Positions 1 through 13,206 of a DNA stretch of 64,000 bases are shown piece by piece. The stretch is from Lophium mytilinum (Eukaryota). A model generated the notes under the pieces. That model ran no database searches. It saw only the letters and a program-made list of their open reading frames with translations, and was not told the origin of the DNA. Both the position numbers and the translations under genes were made by a program. Location of the stretch: the NCBI GenBank assembly GCA_010093605.1, contig MU004204.1:80959-144958 (forward strand). The letters are read 5' to 3'. Numbering within the stretch: position 1 is the stretch's first letter; each line of letters opens with the position of its first letter.

Positions 1-376
1 GTTGGCAGGCTGCGCTGGCGTTTCAAGATGTTGGCGTTGGTGTTGGATACCCAGAGGGATCAGCAAACATGGCGCTGGGGTCAGCTTGCATTCCACGAAG
101 TTTTCCTAGTGTTTTCTTTGCAGCATTTGCAGCAATGTCCTCCATGCGGAGACCAACAGGCCCTGAGTGGCAATAGTAGTCAGCCAGTGTGTGGTGGGCA
201 GGTGCCATCGCGCCGTCCCAGACACTAGTAACAGTGAATTGAAGGGCGCCTTCTAGTGCGTTAATACTACAACCGGCAGGCGGAATAAATAAGTTATGAC
301 GCAGAGCACTCCCTAGAGGGCATCTAACGTGACAGCTACTGCTGATGGATAGCCTTACCGCTGTGTTGGCGGTCAG

Positions 377-425
377 AATCAGCACGCTTCAAGCAGAGTC
401 AGCATATTTCAAGCAAAATCAGCAC
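377..425. repeat. Imperfect 20-bp tandem repeat (about 2.5 copies) upstream of mpkA
   Basis: agcacgcttcaagcagagtc / agcatatttcaagcaaaatc / agcac, starting at 381, 401 and 421. Confidence 0.6.
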
Positions 426-885
426 ACAGGCACGCTGCAAAGACTGGTCGTACCCAGGCCTCGCCGACGCCCTAACACCTGACACACCAGAGAAACTCGG
501 ACGCCCCGCTTGGCTCTCGGTCAGGGCTGAAAAAGCCGTGCGCCCAGAGGAGCCCCTCTAAACCTAGTCCACGACTTCACCCCTCCACGGGCTGTTGTCA
601 GCCTGCTACGCGCATCCAACACGCCCACCAACATCCTCGCCCGCACCAATTCTTGCTGCGGCCTCTAAATCCACAAAGACCCAGTATCTCTCGTTACGCC
701 TCTCCCGAGCACAGCCTGTCGAGCAGGATCCGTCTGTTGGGCCCCCCCAGCGCTCCACCACTCAGCGCTCGCTAGCCTCAGCCTCCGGCGCCTACATCAC
801 TTTAAAGCAACCTCGCTCTATCATCGCCGAGAGCACTTCTCCTACATCCTCACGCCGTCAGCTACAACCACGTCCAGCATCCACA

Positions 886-2477
<1,592 letters not shown>

Positions 2478-3011
2478 AGCCGTGCGTTCAACGCTAAGCC
2501 TTTCGAATAATCATCACGCGTGTATAGAGGTGAGGAAAATGAGTTCTACTAGGAGGTGGAAACAAATTCGTAGCGACTTTTTGTGGGAGGTCGCATGTAG
2601 GGATGGGTGGGTGGCATTATGACGCGAGTTTTTCTGCTTGAGCTGTGGTATGCTCGCTGCACTTATTGACTGATGAAGCAAACGCACAAGTCCGCTTTCT
2701 GCTTCTCAAAGCCTCATTTGTTCGCCCTTCTGGCATCTGCTAGGTAGATTGATTCAATTGATGGGTTGTTCTTTCTTTCAGAAATATTTGAAGTTCTAGA
2801 GAGTTCGGCGCATTGTTGTTTGCTGTTTATGCGCCTTTCTCTTGTCCCACACCAACTCATCTCTACTATTCTACTTTCTTTGTCCCCCGCCACTGTGGTC
2901 ATTCATCCAGATCCCAGGAACAGCCAAGACTGATCGTCCCACCCCTCACTCTTCTTCTCTCCGCTTCGTCATCTTGGAATACTCACATGAGTTTCTCTCA
3001 GCATCACAAAA

Positions 3012-3576
3012 ATGCACGTCCCAACGTCCACCCTCTTTCTCCCCCTCCTCCTCCTCTTCCTCCACATCTCCCTAACAACCGCCTTCCATCCCCGCCACCA
3101 CACCCACCGCCCCACATCCACCAGCCCGCACGCCCTCGCCGTCCGCGCCCCCGCACCCGTCCCCAACCTCCCCGGCCCGCCGCCGCCAACCCCACTCCCC
3201 TTCATGTTCTGCGACTGGTCCCACAAGCTGCACTGGGGGTGTCCGAACGCCAATAACGGAGGCGTGAAGCAGAAGTGCGACTCGCCGTGGATCTCGGAGA
3301 GGAAGAAGGGGAGCTGTGCGGGGGCGTGTCGGAGCTTGGCGAGTAAGGAGAGCAAGAGGAGGGGAGTGAAGGGGAAGGGGGGTGTTGGGGAGCCCGGGTG
3401 GGGGACGTGTTATTATTGCTATGATGGGCATTTGGAGGTGAGTTTTTGGTGGGCTAGTAGGCGGAGATGGGAAAGGGAGGGGGGTATGCGATTTGGGGAT
3501 AGTGCTAATAGCGTTTTAGGCGCTCGTGCAGCCGTTTTGGGATAAGGATTGCAATGGGAGGGACGATGATGGGTGA
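3012..3576 (+). CDS. Small secreted cysteine-rich protein, about 160 aa, exons 3012-3437 and 3520-3576
   Basis: Hydrophobic signal peptide (LFLPLLLLFLHISLTTA) and a His/Pro-rich pro-region. The intron GTGAGT...GCTAAT...TTTAG is canonical, and splicing it adds ALVQPFWDKDCNGRDDDG*, giving 8 Cys in total. Confidence 0.8.
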
Positions 3577-4125
3577 GGGGGGTCCAAATGGGGTAGGACG
3601 GATGTATAAGTGAGGAGGGGACGAAGAGGGTGGGGCTGTAGGATCAGGTTGGGTTTGGAGGGACGCACAATTTTCAATTTCGAGCTTTGGAGACGGATAC
3701 TGCTGAAATTTAGTAAATAACGTATTGGGCTGTAAGGTACTATGTTTCGCGGCGTAGAGTTGAAGAGAGTGACAAGCCAACGTTCCAATCTCCCTCCCAA
3801 TTGTTTGAAGTACAACTTAGATCTCGAAAATGAGAATGATGTCCTTTGTGTCAAATGAAACATGAAAAATCTAGTGATTCATTGATATTGGAGTGAATGA
3901 TCAATAAAGTGAAAGATTGGTTTGGAGTCACGTGATGAGGGGCCTGCTCCGTATCATTCCGAAGAATACCTCCACCGGGCCACGGGCCACTTTCCTGCCA
4001 AAACATCCAACTCTCTACTTCATGTACTCTAACTGCACCTAAGGTAGGCCTGCGATGACATCTCCCAGGTATCCCAAGCACCATTATAGCACAATGCCTA
4101 GAGGCTCCTACCTTCATGGTATCAT

Positions 4126-4170
4126 TCGGTGACTCGGTGACTCGGTATCCCGCGTAACCACTTGACGTCA
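4126..4170. promoter_or_regulatory. P450 promoter element: (TCGGTGAC)x2.7 direct repeat plus a TGACGTCA palindrome
   Basis: TCGGTGAC at 4126 and 4134, TCGGTA at 4142, and TGACGTCA at 4163-4170, all 120-160 bp upstream of the ATG. Confidence 0.35.
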
Positions 4171-4286
4171 GGAGATAATATTCATGAAGAAGTATTTCAG
4201 CAAGCTCTTACATTCAATTTCGCGATCAGACCTATCTTACTACTAAATCGCTATCTAGGCCAGAAACCTGAGACGTTGCTTCCAAC

Positions 4287-5989
4287 ATGTCTATCTTTTT
4301 AGTATGTTCAACCCTCGTCGGGGCCTTTATGGGTTACCTCCTCGTTTCAATCTTCAAAAACTATCATGCTGCGAAAGCTCTTGGCATACCAGTGATCCTA
4401 TCTCCATTTGATGTTTTCCATCCGCTATGGTATCTCCTAAGTCCGCCACTTAAGCCCTTGGTATCCCTTATCCCATATCGGTTTCGGAGGTGGTCATCAC
4501 TCTACACTGGCGACTGGCCTTTTCACGACAAGCGCCGTATACACCGCGAAGCCGGAGATGTCTTCGTCCTTGTTACCCCGTGGAACTATCATATAGTCGT
4601 TGCAGATCCTGTAGCTGCAGAAGCGATATACCATCGACGCAAGGATTTTATCAAAGGGGAAAATTACGCAATCTTCAACTTTTTCGGACGAAGCGTCTTC
4701 AGCGTGGACGGCGAAGACTGGTCACGGCAACGGAGAATCACTGCCCCGTGTTTCAACGAGAGGGTGAGCGGCTTGGTATGGGATGAATCGGTTCGACAGG
4801 CTCGTGCGGTGCTGAAGCACTGGACTTCGGATGACCAAGGAGAGGTGGGTTCCATGGTTGATAATACGAGAATGATTACCTTGCACGTTCTATCCGCCGT
4901 CGGTTTTGGGATTCGCCAGGATTTTGGCCACGGGATGGCAGACGTGAAACCTGGACACACGTTGGCATACCGAGATGCGCTACTAGGACTCCTTACTCAT
5001 TTCGTGTATCCATTGGTGTTCCCGAGATGGTTTCTAGAGATGCCTGGGCTTCCTGAATCATCTATGAAGACCGCCGGAACTTCGTTAAGAGAGCTCAATA
5101 GCTACATGGACGAGATGCTGAACGATGAGCGCACAGCCATTGAGAATGGAGAAGCTGCTCCATCGAAACCGAATCTCATGAGCGCATTGATCAGGTCTTC
5201 TGCTGAAGAGCGGAAGTCGAAGGAGAGGCTCACTGATGATGAGATCAAAGGAAATCTATTCATTTTCAATATTGCAGGCCACGATACCACTGCGAACACT
5301 TTCGCGTATGCAATCTCTCTACTAGCCCTACATCAGGACTGCCAGAGCTGGCTTCGTGAAGAGCTAGAACGATACGTCCATGAGTCAGGGTCAACCTACG
5401 AGGAGGCCTTTCCACACTTGCATCGATGTCAAGCTATCATGGTAAGCCGAACAAAACTTCTTTTACACGAAAGGCGCACTGAAAGCTGACGTACAATTCA
5501 TAGTGGGAAACACTCCGCCTCTACCCCCCGGTTCTCGCCGCTCCCCGCCTATCCCACGGGCCCCAATCAATCCCCCTTTCCAACGGCGAATCCATCTCCG
5601 TGCCCCCAGAAGCAAGGCTACATGTAAACCACTACGGTATTCACATTTCGCCCTCCGTGTGGTCTTCCGAAAACGCGCCAGCTCATGAATTTCATCCGCA
5701 ACGCTGGATCCATCCTTCAGAAACAGAGCCAAAAGAGGAGACGCTGCTTCACCCCAAACCAGGCACGTTCTTGGCTTGGTCAGCGGGACCGCGCTCGTGT
5801 CTTGGCCAGAAGTTCTCACAAGTTGAGTTTGTTGCTGTTATAAGTACATTGCTGTTGAAGTATGTCGTTGAGCCTGCCGTTTCGAGGGAGAGGCTGGAGG
5901 CGACATTGGCAGAGACGGGTGCAGGCAGCCCAGCGCTGACGATTGGGAGGAAAGAGGACATTGTGCTTCGATTGCGCAAGGTTGGCTAG
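4287..5989 (+). CDS. Cytochrome P450 monooxygenase, exons 4287-5441 and 5504-5989
   Basis: N-terminal membrane anchor, I-helix AGHDTT, ExxR motif (WETLR, formed after splicing GTAAGC...GCTGAC...TAG), PxRW (FHPQRW) and heme motif WSAGPRSCLG. Confidence 0.95.
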
Positions 5990-8900
5990 TATAGACGCGT
6001 TTGAACCTACAATTGGGGCTACTACGGTGTGCCTCTTGACTTCAAGTCGCGAAATTATGCAACGTCCTTATGGCGGCCGCGCGCGTGTATAACAGTATGA
6101 GACACTACTGATTATCTCTAAAGGTGAAAGAGATATCATTTTTTTCAGCCTCTGAATCAGGCCTCGGTCTCTGATATGCTGATATCTTGTCTCTACAGCC
6201 GAGCAACGCAGCTTGTAATTGTCCCTTGTTGTGTTGTTTTGCCAGCGTACGAAAACATCTGAAGACTCTCTAGCCCATGCGCTTTCAATTTCGCACGATA
6301 TCCTGACTACGAAGGCGTGATTGGACTATCCGGAGGTTCAAATCGCGTCGAATCAAGTATCATATTGTAGAGGACCTTAGACAGTTCCGAGAGGATGCAG
6401 GCTGGGTATGTCCCTCAACGTCGGAGAAGAGAGTGGTCCTAGGAGAGGGTTACCTACACTGGCTTCTGTGTCAGTGATTAACAAGATGCTTGTTTTGAGG
6501 GAGATTCTGCTTCTTATCGTCTTCGGAGGTCTAAGGCCACAGCAGGTATCCCATCTCCTATGGCGCAGTGCTGGTTCTCTAGGCTTGAAGGGGCTTTAAC
6601 CGGCTTCCGGAGAGGCCCAAAAGATGTCTTTGACCGACATAACGCAGCAGCAATGATGAGAGAGAGGAAAAGTTCCCACATAGGTAGCTCATTTGACTCA
6701 AAGACATCAAGGGTTTGCCATGCTTGAGAAACGAGCTTACTTAGGTAAGAGAAAAGGAGTGGTAAGATGCAGTGACCCTCCACCAGCTGCCAGCGATACC
6801 GGGGATCCACAACAGCGCATACAATGCCTTGCCAAAGCCTGTGCACGCTCGTATATCACTGCTTGGGGTGGTCCAATAGGCTTGCGACAAGCTAGACACC
6901 ACATAAAGGATGATGCAGTGAAAATTGGGATACCTTTTGGCTAACCGGATATCTAGCAGCTGGACTACTCTTCACACTCCCGTCTAGAAACTAGCAGTGG
7001 CACCAACTCCCATCCGACAAACTTCCAGTTCGCTCAGAACTTACAAGAGGTCAGCTCAAACACTGGGGCCAACCACGATCTCAACTTCGGTAAACAAATA
7101 AATCTAACCTCTGACTACATTACCGCTTGCCCTCATCACTTCACAAAACTCGAATCACCTCCGGTAACGCGCCTCCATTCACCCAATCATTCCCTTCCTC
7201 CGCCTTCCGCCATCCCCCCTACCTTCTCACCCCTTTTCATCCCGCCATCCCGCCATCACACCCCCGCGCTATAAGCGCCAACACACCGCTCACATATAGC
7301 CTATAATACCGCCCCCATAGCCATATGATATGATAGTAAGACAATTAACGCCCGCAAAACGCAGGCACCGTGGTTTATTATCCCTCACAGTGCATCGCAC
7401 CTCCACGCATCCCCCGGCCCCCGTTCTCGTTCCCTGAAATCTGCGTCTTGCCACTCAACGGCTGGGACCCTCGCGTCTAGCTGCTGTATTCAAGTGGCGA
7501 GTCTGTTATTCTGTGAGCTGCGACTCGCCTACTTTGTTGGCGAGGAGCGGGATTTGTGTATGATGCGTGATATGAATGGGCTTGGGGGGCGTTGCTTTGA
7601 CGTCGCGTAGAAAGGGAGGATCGTAGCAAGGCTATTAATAGATTCTGGGCCGGTATGATTTGGCGCATTGTTTTGTCTGATGGTTCGGAGGATTTGGAGG
7701 TTCCAAAGTAGCTTATTCTGGAAGGCTTTGGAGAGTGCGTCCCCAAAGCCAGCAAAGGCGTGAGGGGGGTTGCGAAGTGTCCGGGACCGTTGGTGATCGT
7801 GGTCTTCTGTTTCTCTGGTACAAAATAGCCTGACATCCCAGGGTCTCCTTGATGTAGGGTCGAGAGTTTGGACGGTTACGATCGATGAGGCATATTGATC
7901 TTCGTGGTTTCTGTAGCGGTAGCACGCGTGATGATCCTTGGTGGATGCGAAAGCCTGGGAGTCTTCAATAGTGGTACCTGCTTGCAGTCACCAGGTTGAA
8001 GCCGAAGCGTGAGATGACGGTCACTGCTCTAGAAATGAACCAAGTCATTCATCCTTCGATGGCACCTAGAAAAGCATCGTTTTAGCGAACATTCTTGACA
8101 ACATCGCACTTAAGACACTAGAAGTCGTGAGGACCCTCTGGGCTGATTCGATTTCACGATAGCAACGTGCCTCGTTCACTTACTTACCTAGCTACGTCCG
8201 TGCCGTGTTCGGTATAGCACCTCTACTATAACCACATCATTTGGACCGCCAATGTCGTGCAGAGACACTCACTACATCACCGGAAGTGCTCCCGTCGCAT
8301 CCGGCATCTCATGTCCCCGCATTCGATCGAATATATGCGCGTTATAATTTTCATCGCGCCCCATAGTACAAAGGGATGAGGGCGCGCAAGTTGCGTTGTG
8401 TCTAGGAGGCCAGGGCCAGGGCAGACTTCGGCTATGCAAGTCTTCTACAACACAAGAATCGCGAAACGAGTCGGACGAGCAGTTTTAGAAATAGCTGGGG
8501 TAATTTGCGACCTGTAACCGCCTCTATCAGCTGAAACGCATGTTGGTCAATGCAGGAGTTTGAGTATGTGGGTGACCCATGGATAAGATTAAGCAGGACT
8601 ACCGGATATTAAGCTATGCGATACGAGTACCATCAAGAAGCAATCGGTGTCTGCACCATAGAACCTTCCGTCCACACATTATAAGTAAATAGTCTATACA
8701 AAATAGCGAAGAGAAACAGCGATGATTAGGAGCGTAAGAAAATGATCTAAAGAATGTGATACAATAACGAAATGAAAGGACATGGAGGCTTGGAAAATTG
8801 AAGCCAAAGAAGTGACAAGGTAGATCGGCTCCAGGTATACTTCTAGGAGTTCCACCGGAACGGATAGCTTCGCTTGCTGTTTCAAGTGGCTGAGAAAGGT

Positions 8901-9694
8901 GTAGAAAAGGTGTCAGTCTTGGAGAATTGAATCTTAGTCCATCTCCCCGGGTATCTTTCCAACCCAGCAGCCGTCCCAATGCTGCCGTTCCCGACCATTC
9001 CCTTGCTCTGCTTTCCTGGCTCCTGGTTCTTTTAGTCTAGGATTTCCCGCAGGCAATTTGTATATAGAAACCCATCACCCTCAGACCGCAGCCCCTGCGT
9101 CGATGCTACTCCAGCCGTTCTAACCAGACCTTCCTCACCCCCGAAAGCAAATTTGACGTCGTAGAAAATAAATTGTATGTGTAGGGTGTGTTCCGAGATC
9201 CATGGAACTGTTAAAGCAAATCTTGTGTGCAACCCTCATGAACGCCGTTCCGCTATGCTGTTCCATCTTCCCCCGGCTCCCAGTCCTCGAGAGGTCAGGA
9301 TGGATTTGCGCCAGCAGTGCTCCCGTTTCGATGCTGTAGGAGAAATCATCCCAAAATGGTCGCGGTGACGGAAGGAGTGTCGAGAATTGAAGAATGATGA
9401 TGGCCCCTACTATGGCCTGCCCGTTTGCCCCGATGCCACCCATACCTGGAAATGCTAGCCCCCAAAACACCCCAAGACACCTCTCGCACCCCAGCCAGGT
9501 TATTCGTAGTCATTCGTGAGTTGTGAATAATGTTGATTAAATGTGGCTCCGGTAGATGTCGAAAACTCCACGAATTAGGCAGTGTGACCAGCACACCACG
9601 CTTCCTACTTCTCAGCAACACTAAGAAGCTCCCGCATACAAGTACCGCGACCCATAGATTAATACGTATGCAGGTCCTCGAATTGGTCAGATAG

Positions 9695-10879
9695 TCATTG
9701 GAAAGGCGGAGCCGGGTCGCTCGAGCTGCCAGCCATCTGCGATTGCGTGTAGGGGCCTTCATCCCCCTCCCCTTCTGCCTCCTCGGCCTCGGCGTCTAAC
9801 TCCATGGACTTGTCTTTGCACGCCGCTGCCGAGAATCCGCTGCCCACCTTGGACGAGATGATGCGCCACCGGTCGTTCTCGTACTCCTGCATGGCGGTGC
9901 GCAGCTTCTGGACCTATCACCAGATGTGGTTAGCCAAGTCCGTCGCCAAATATAAGGGTAGGGCGGGCGTTGTTCGCTTGAGGTCTCAAACACCAGACGT
10001 CGCGGATCTCAACGACACCCGCGCCTCTTCACTGCCGGCACTCACCATTTCATCGGTCCACACGGTCGTCTTCGCCTTCAGCTTCGTACAGTATCGAACC
10101 TGCAGCGTTCCGGAACTGCGCCCAGGGAAGAAATCGGCTATTTGCTTCCATGTAAGGTTCTTCTTCTCCTTGAGATCTACGAGTAGCCCGTCGTCCTCGG
10201 GCGTAAACTTTAGTTTGGGACCTCGCGGGCGCGGTGCCGGCGCTGGCATCCCCTCTTGCCCAACCACGCTGGGAGGGCCATGGTGGTGCGAGGGAGAAGA
10301 CGCCTGTTCGCCGTAGCGGGGCATCTTGTTGGGACGGCCGATGTTGGGCAAGTGATGATGATGTTCGCGCGGTAGAGAGAGCGGACCGGTCGGTTGCGGT
10401 TGGTAGTGAAGGGCAAGGCCCTGAGGCTGCGCGTGATGGCCACCAGGGGTTAGTTCGACCTGGACGTCGCTGGAGCCTTGCTGGACGTCTCCGGGGATTT
10501 CTTCCAGGCCTTGTAGATCTAGCTGGAGGTCCTCGTGCGGGCGGGAGCGCTTGCGGTTTTGCGCCTGGCCGTAGTCGAGATGGGGTTGTCGGGATCCGTA
10601 GGAAGAGGTTGGTGATGACTGCTGCATCGGCTGGTGGCGCAAGAGATGCGATTGATGTAAATTGGGGTGGCTCTCGATACTTGTGACCTGACCGAGGTGA
10701 TGATGTCCGCCATGGTGCTGGAGTGTTTGATGCTGCTGCTGTGGCTGCAGGAAGGGGTTCTGGGGCCCCAGGCCATAATGGAGGACATGTTGATTGTCGA
10801 CGTTTGAGGACGGAATCTGGTCTTCTCCCGGGTTTTCTTGCACGTAATCGAGGGAGAAGCCTCGATAGGAGCCCGCCAG
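9695..10879 (-). CDS. Myb/SANT two-repeat transcription factor with a His/Gln-rich N-terminus (here Myb-A). Exons 10879-10046 and 9913-9695; start codon uncertain (candidate CUG at 10879)
   Basis: KLKFTPEDDGLLVDLKEKKNLTWKQIADFFPGRSSGTLQVRYCTKL, then VWTDEM|VQKLRTAMQEYENDRWRIISSKVGSGFSAAACKDK across the intron GTGAGT...GCTAAC...TAG. The frame is open up to an in-frame TAG near 10901. Confidence 0.9.
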
Positions 10880-11393
10880 CGTTGCGAATATGCATGGAGA
10901 CTACCAGAGCTAGCTTGCTCTGGCAGGCCGCCGCAGTGAGACCTGAGCCAGAAGAGGATGTGGTTTGAGACGCGGTAGCGAGGGCCAGCAGCGGCGTATC
11001 GCACGTGTTTGGGAAGGTTCGTGTTTTGCTATATTGACAAATGTTGCAGCAGTAGTAGCCTGGGGCGACGCGCCATCCAGCGTGTGTGCTATCGTTGTGT
11101 TAAGCGTCAGGATGCCAGATATAGGCGCGAAGCAACAAAACCTTTCTCGAGGGCGAGTCGGGCGCGCAGTGCATTATAACCAGAGTCGCGCAAGGCAGGA
11201 GAGGCATTGAGATTTGGGGCGTGCTCATGGACATCAAAAGCGCCGGTCCTGTGCAATTGCCACACGGACACGGTCGTCCAAGCACGAGAGGCAATAGGTA
11301 CATCCACGAGACGGCCTTTGTTCCTGAAGGGTAGGGAGCTGGCTGAGTAGGGCAAGCCCAGGACGGATTCTACGTCAAGCATAATGCAGTGAT

Positions 11394-13206
11394 CAACTGC
11401 CGGGGGCCCAACCCAGCACTAGATCTGGACAGTAGTCGCAGTCATTTGCCCGTTGCAATGCGCCCGACGTCGTGTTTTGAGTGGCTGACGACTCAAATTG
11501 AGGGCTGTACTGAATAGGTTGAGCTGGTTCCAATTGAGCAGTCGCCCGAACACTGCTCGAGCCCGCAGAGGCTCCGCCCGCACGTATGCCAGCACACATA
11601 GAGGAGCCAGGAAGCCCATGGCCGGCTCTGCGGCCGTTGCAGGCCCTCCGCGGCGGCGTCAGCTAGGCCAGCCCTATTTCTAGAACGCCGCTCGAAGATC
11701 TCCAGCGCCGTTGGAGAGCGCCATGGCCGATCCCGGCAGCCATCGCCACACCAAGGATGCGCATAGAATCAATACCGGCAGGGAGATGAGCAGTTCGCAG
11801 CAGAAGCCAGTGCGCCGCCGAGGCCGCCCAACACTGACGGCCGACAAAACGGCATGCTGGCCGACGCCGTTGCTGGGAGCTGACGGGTGAGGTACTTACC
11901 GCGGCTTCAGCGCCAGCACAGGGCGGCGGGGGCACATGAGGCATAGGGGCTGACGGGGAGGATGAAAGGAGAGCACTTAGCCAGGCACGCAACGCGCCGG
12001 GAGGCTGCTGAGGACTCGCAATAGGTACGCTGTGCAGCCTCTGACGCATACACATCATGCCCTCTAGCGGTGGCTTCAGGTGCTCGGCTGCCGCATATGC
12101 GGTTTCAGTTGGTATATTCGAGGCCCATGTCTATATGCGCTTCGCCATGCCGGCAGCAGTGCGAGGATCGCCCGAGCCACAGCTGGAGACTTCCGACGGC
12201 CAGGTGCAGCCCAGAATGACGCACAAACAAATGCGGGCAGCCTGCGGTGGCAACTGTACGGCGGCGAATTTTGGGAACCTTTGGAAGTATTTTGGTGTTG
12301 TGGTGTTGCAGTGATGGTGGTGATTGATGGGCCCCGTTGAGGCATGAGGTTGGGATCAAACTGCCGGGCGGCGAAGAAGCGCGGGATGCGAAGGCTTGGC
12401 GAAGGGTGCGCCACGACTCCTGACAGTGCTCTATTTCTCAGCGACATCACTTCACCGCAACGATAAACTCGGTCCACCTGATCTATCGGCATGCCGCTTC
12501 CAGCCGCCAGTGCGATGGGCGACGAGGCGAAGGCTGTCCGCCCTCTGCAGCGCATCAGCATTCACATTTTCTACTCTCCGCCCCCGGCCTCAACGCGAAG
12601 CGCTTGCACGTGATGGGGACTCCCTGTGGGCTCAGTTGCTCCTTAGACTCGCTCTAAACGGCTCCCAGGAGGGTACCCCGGCGTTGCTGTCCCAGGGGCC
12701 CCCTCCCTGTACATTCGTCATGTCATCACCGCTCCGGCGGTGCTACTCGAGTGGCTCGCATTGCGCTGGGACGTTGCTTTGTCTCGTCGTCGCCGTGTCT
12801 GCTTTATCCATTTAGGCTGTTGCAGCAGCCCTCAGTGGCCTGGAATTCGGGCGAGATAACCTCTGCCGATTTGTCACCTCCCCTATGCTCTGCGCGTTTC
12901 GGCTACTGGGCCCTACGCCTGTTTCGACACGGCTCGTATCTCGTAGGCCTGGTGTTTCGTCCCGGCGCCAGGGCTCAGGAGCATGCGTCAAGCGAGCGGC
13001 CGCTGAATCGCACCATCACTCAATCTGCAAATCTCATCGCCATCTCGTCAGCATCCCGACTCCCGTCGCGCAACGGCGACTTCTCCACACCTCCACCACA
13101 TCGGCTCGGCAGCATAGCCGAATGGACTGCCCGCTCCCGTGCCGTTGCACCATCACTGACCGAGATTCGGCGGGCGGAATGGAACCAGCAGACCGCCAGC
13201 CAGTTG
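11394..13206. promoter_or_regulatory. Cluster of Myb-consensus hexamers (CAACGG/CAACTG on either strand) upstream of Myb-A
   Basis: CCGTTG at 11450, 11634, 11708, 11867, 12334 and 13142; CAACGG at 13071; CAACTG at 11394 and 12251; CAGTTG at 12106, 12633 and 13201. Confidence 0.45.

Noticed and set aside
23..385. 120-aa minus-strand ORF at the window start
   Set aside because: No recognisable motif and a GTG start; it may be leader sequence of a gene outside the window.
558..567. Rlm1/RlmA box in the mpkA promoter (CTAAACCTAG)
   Set aside because: Two mismatches to CTA(A/T)4TAG.
3012..5989. Secondary-metabolite or RiPP cluster (secreted peptide plus P450)
   Set aside because: No backbone enzyme, no DUF3328/UstY-like gene, and no repeated KR-flanked core peptides in the small protein.
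6330..6355. GGTTCAAATC T-loop-like motif suggesting a tRNA
   Set aside because: No T-stem or acceptor-stem pairing and no A-box; no tRNA or 5S gene was recognised anywhere in the window.
10901..12058. Upstream coding exon for Myb-A (ORF 12058-11901 with a GTAAGT donor, spliced about 1 kb to the TAG at about 10901, in frame)
   Set aside because: The intron would be far longer than any other in the window, there is no good branch site next to the acceptor, and TATA-like elements lie at about 11030-11180. Not formally excluded; kept as the alternative to the CUG model.
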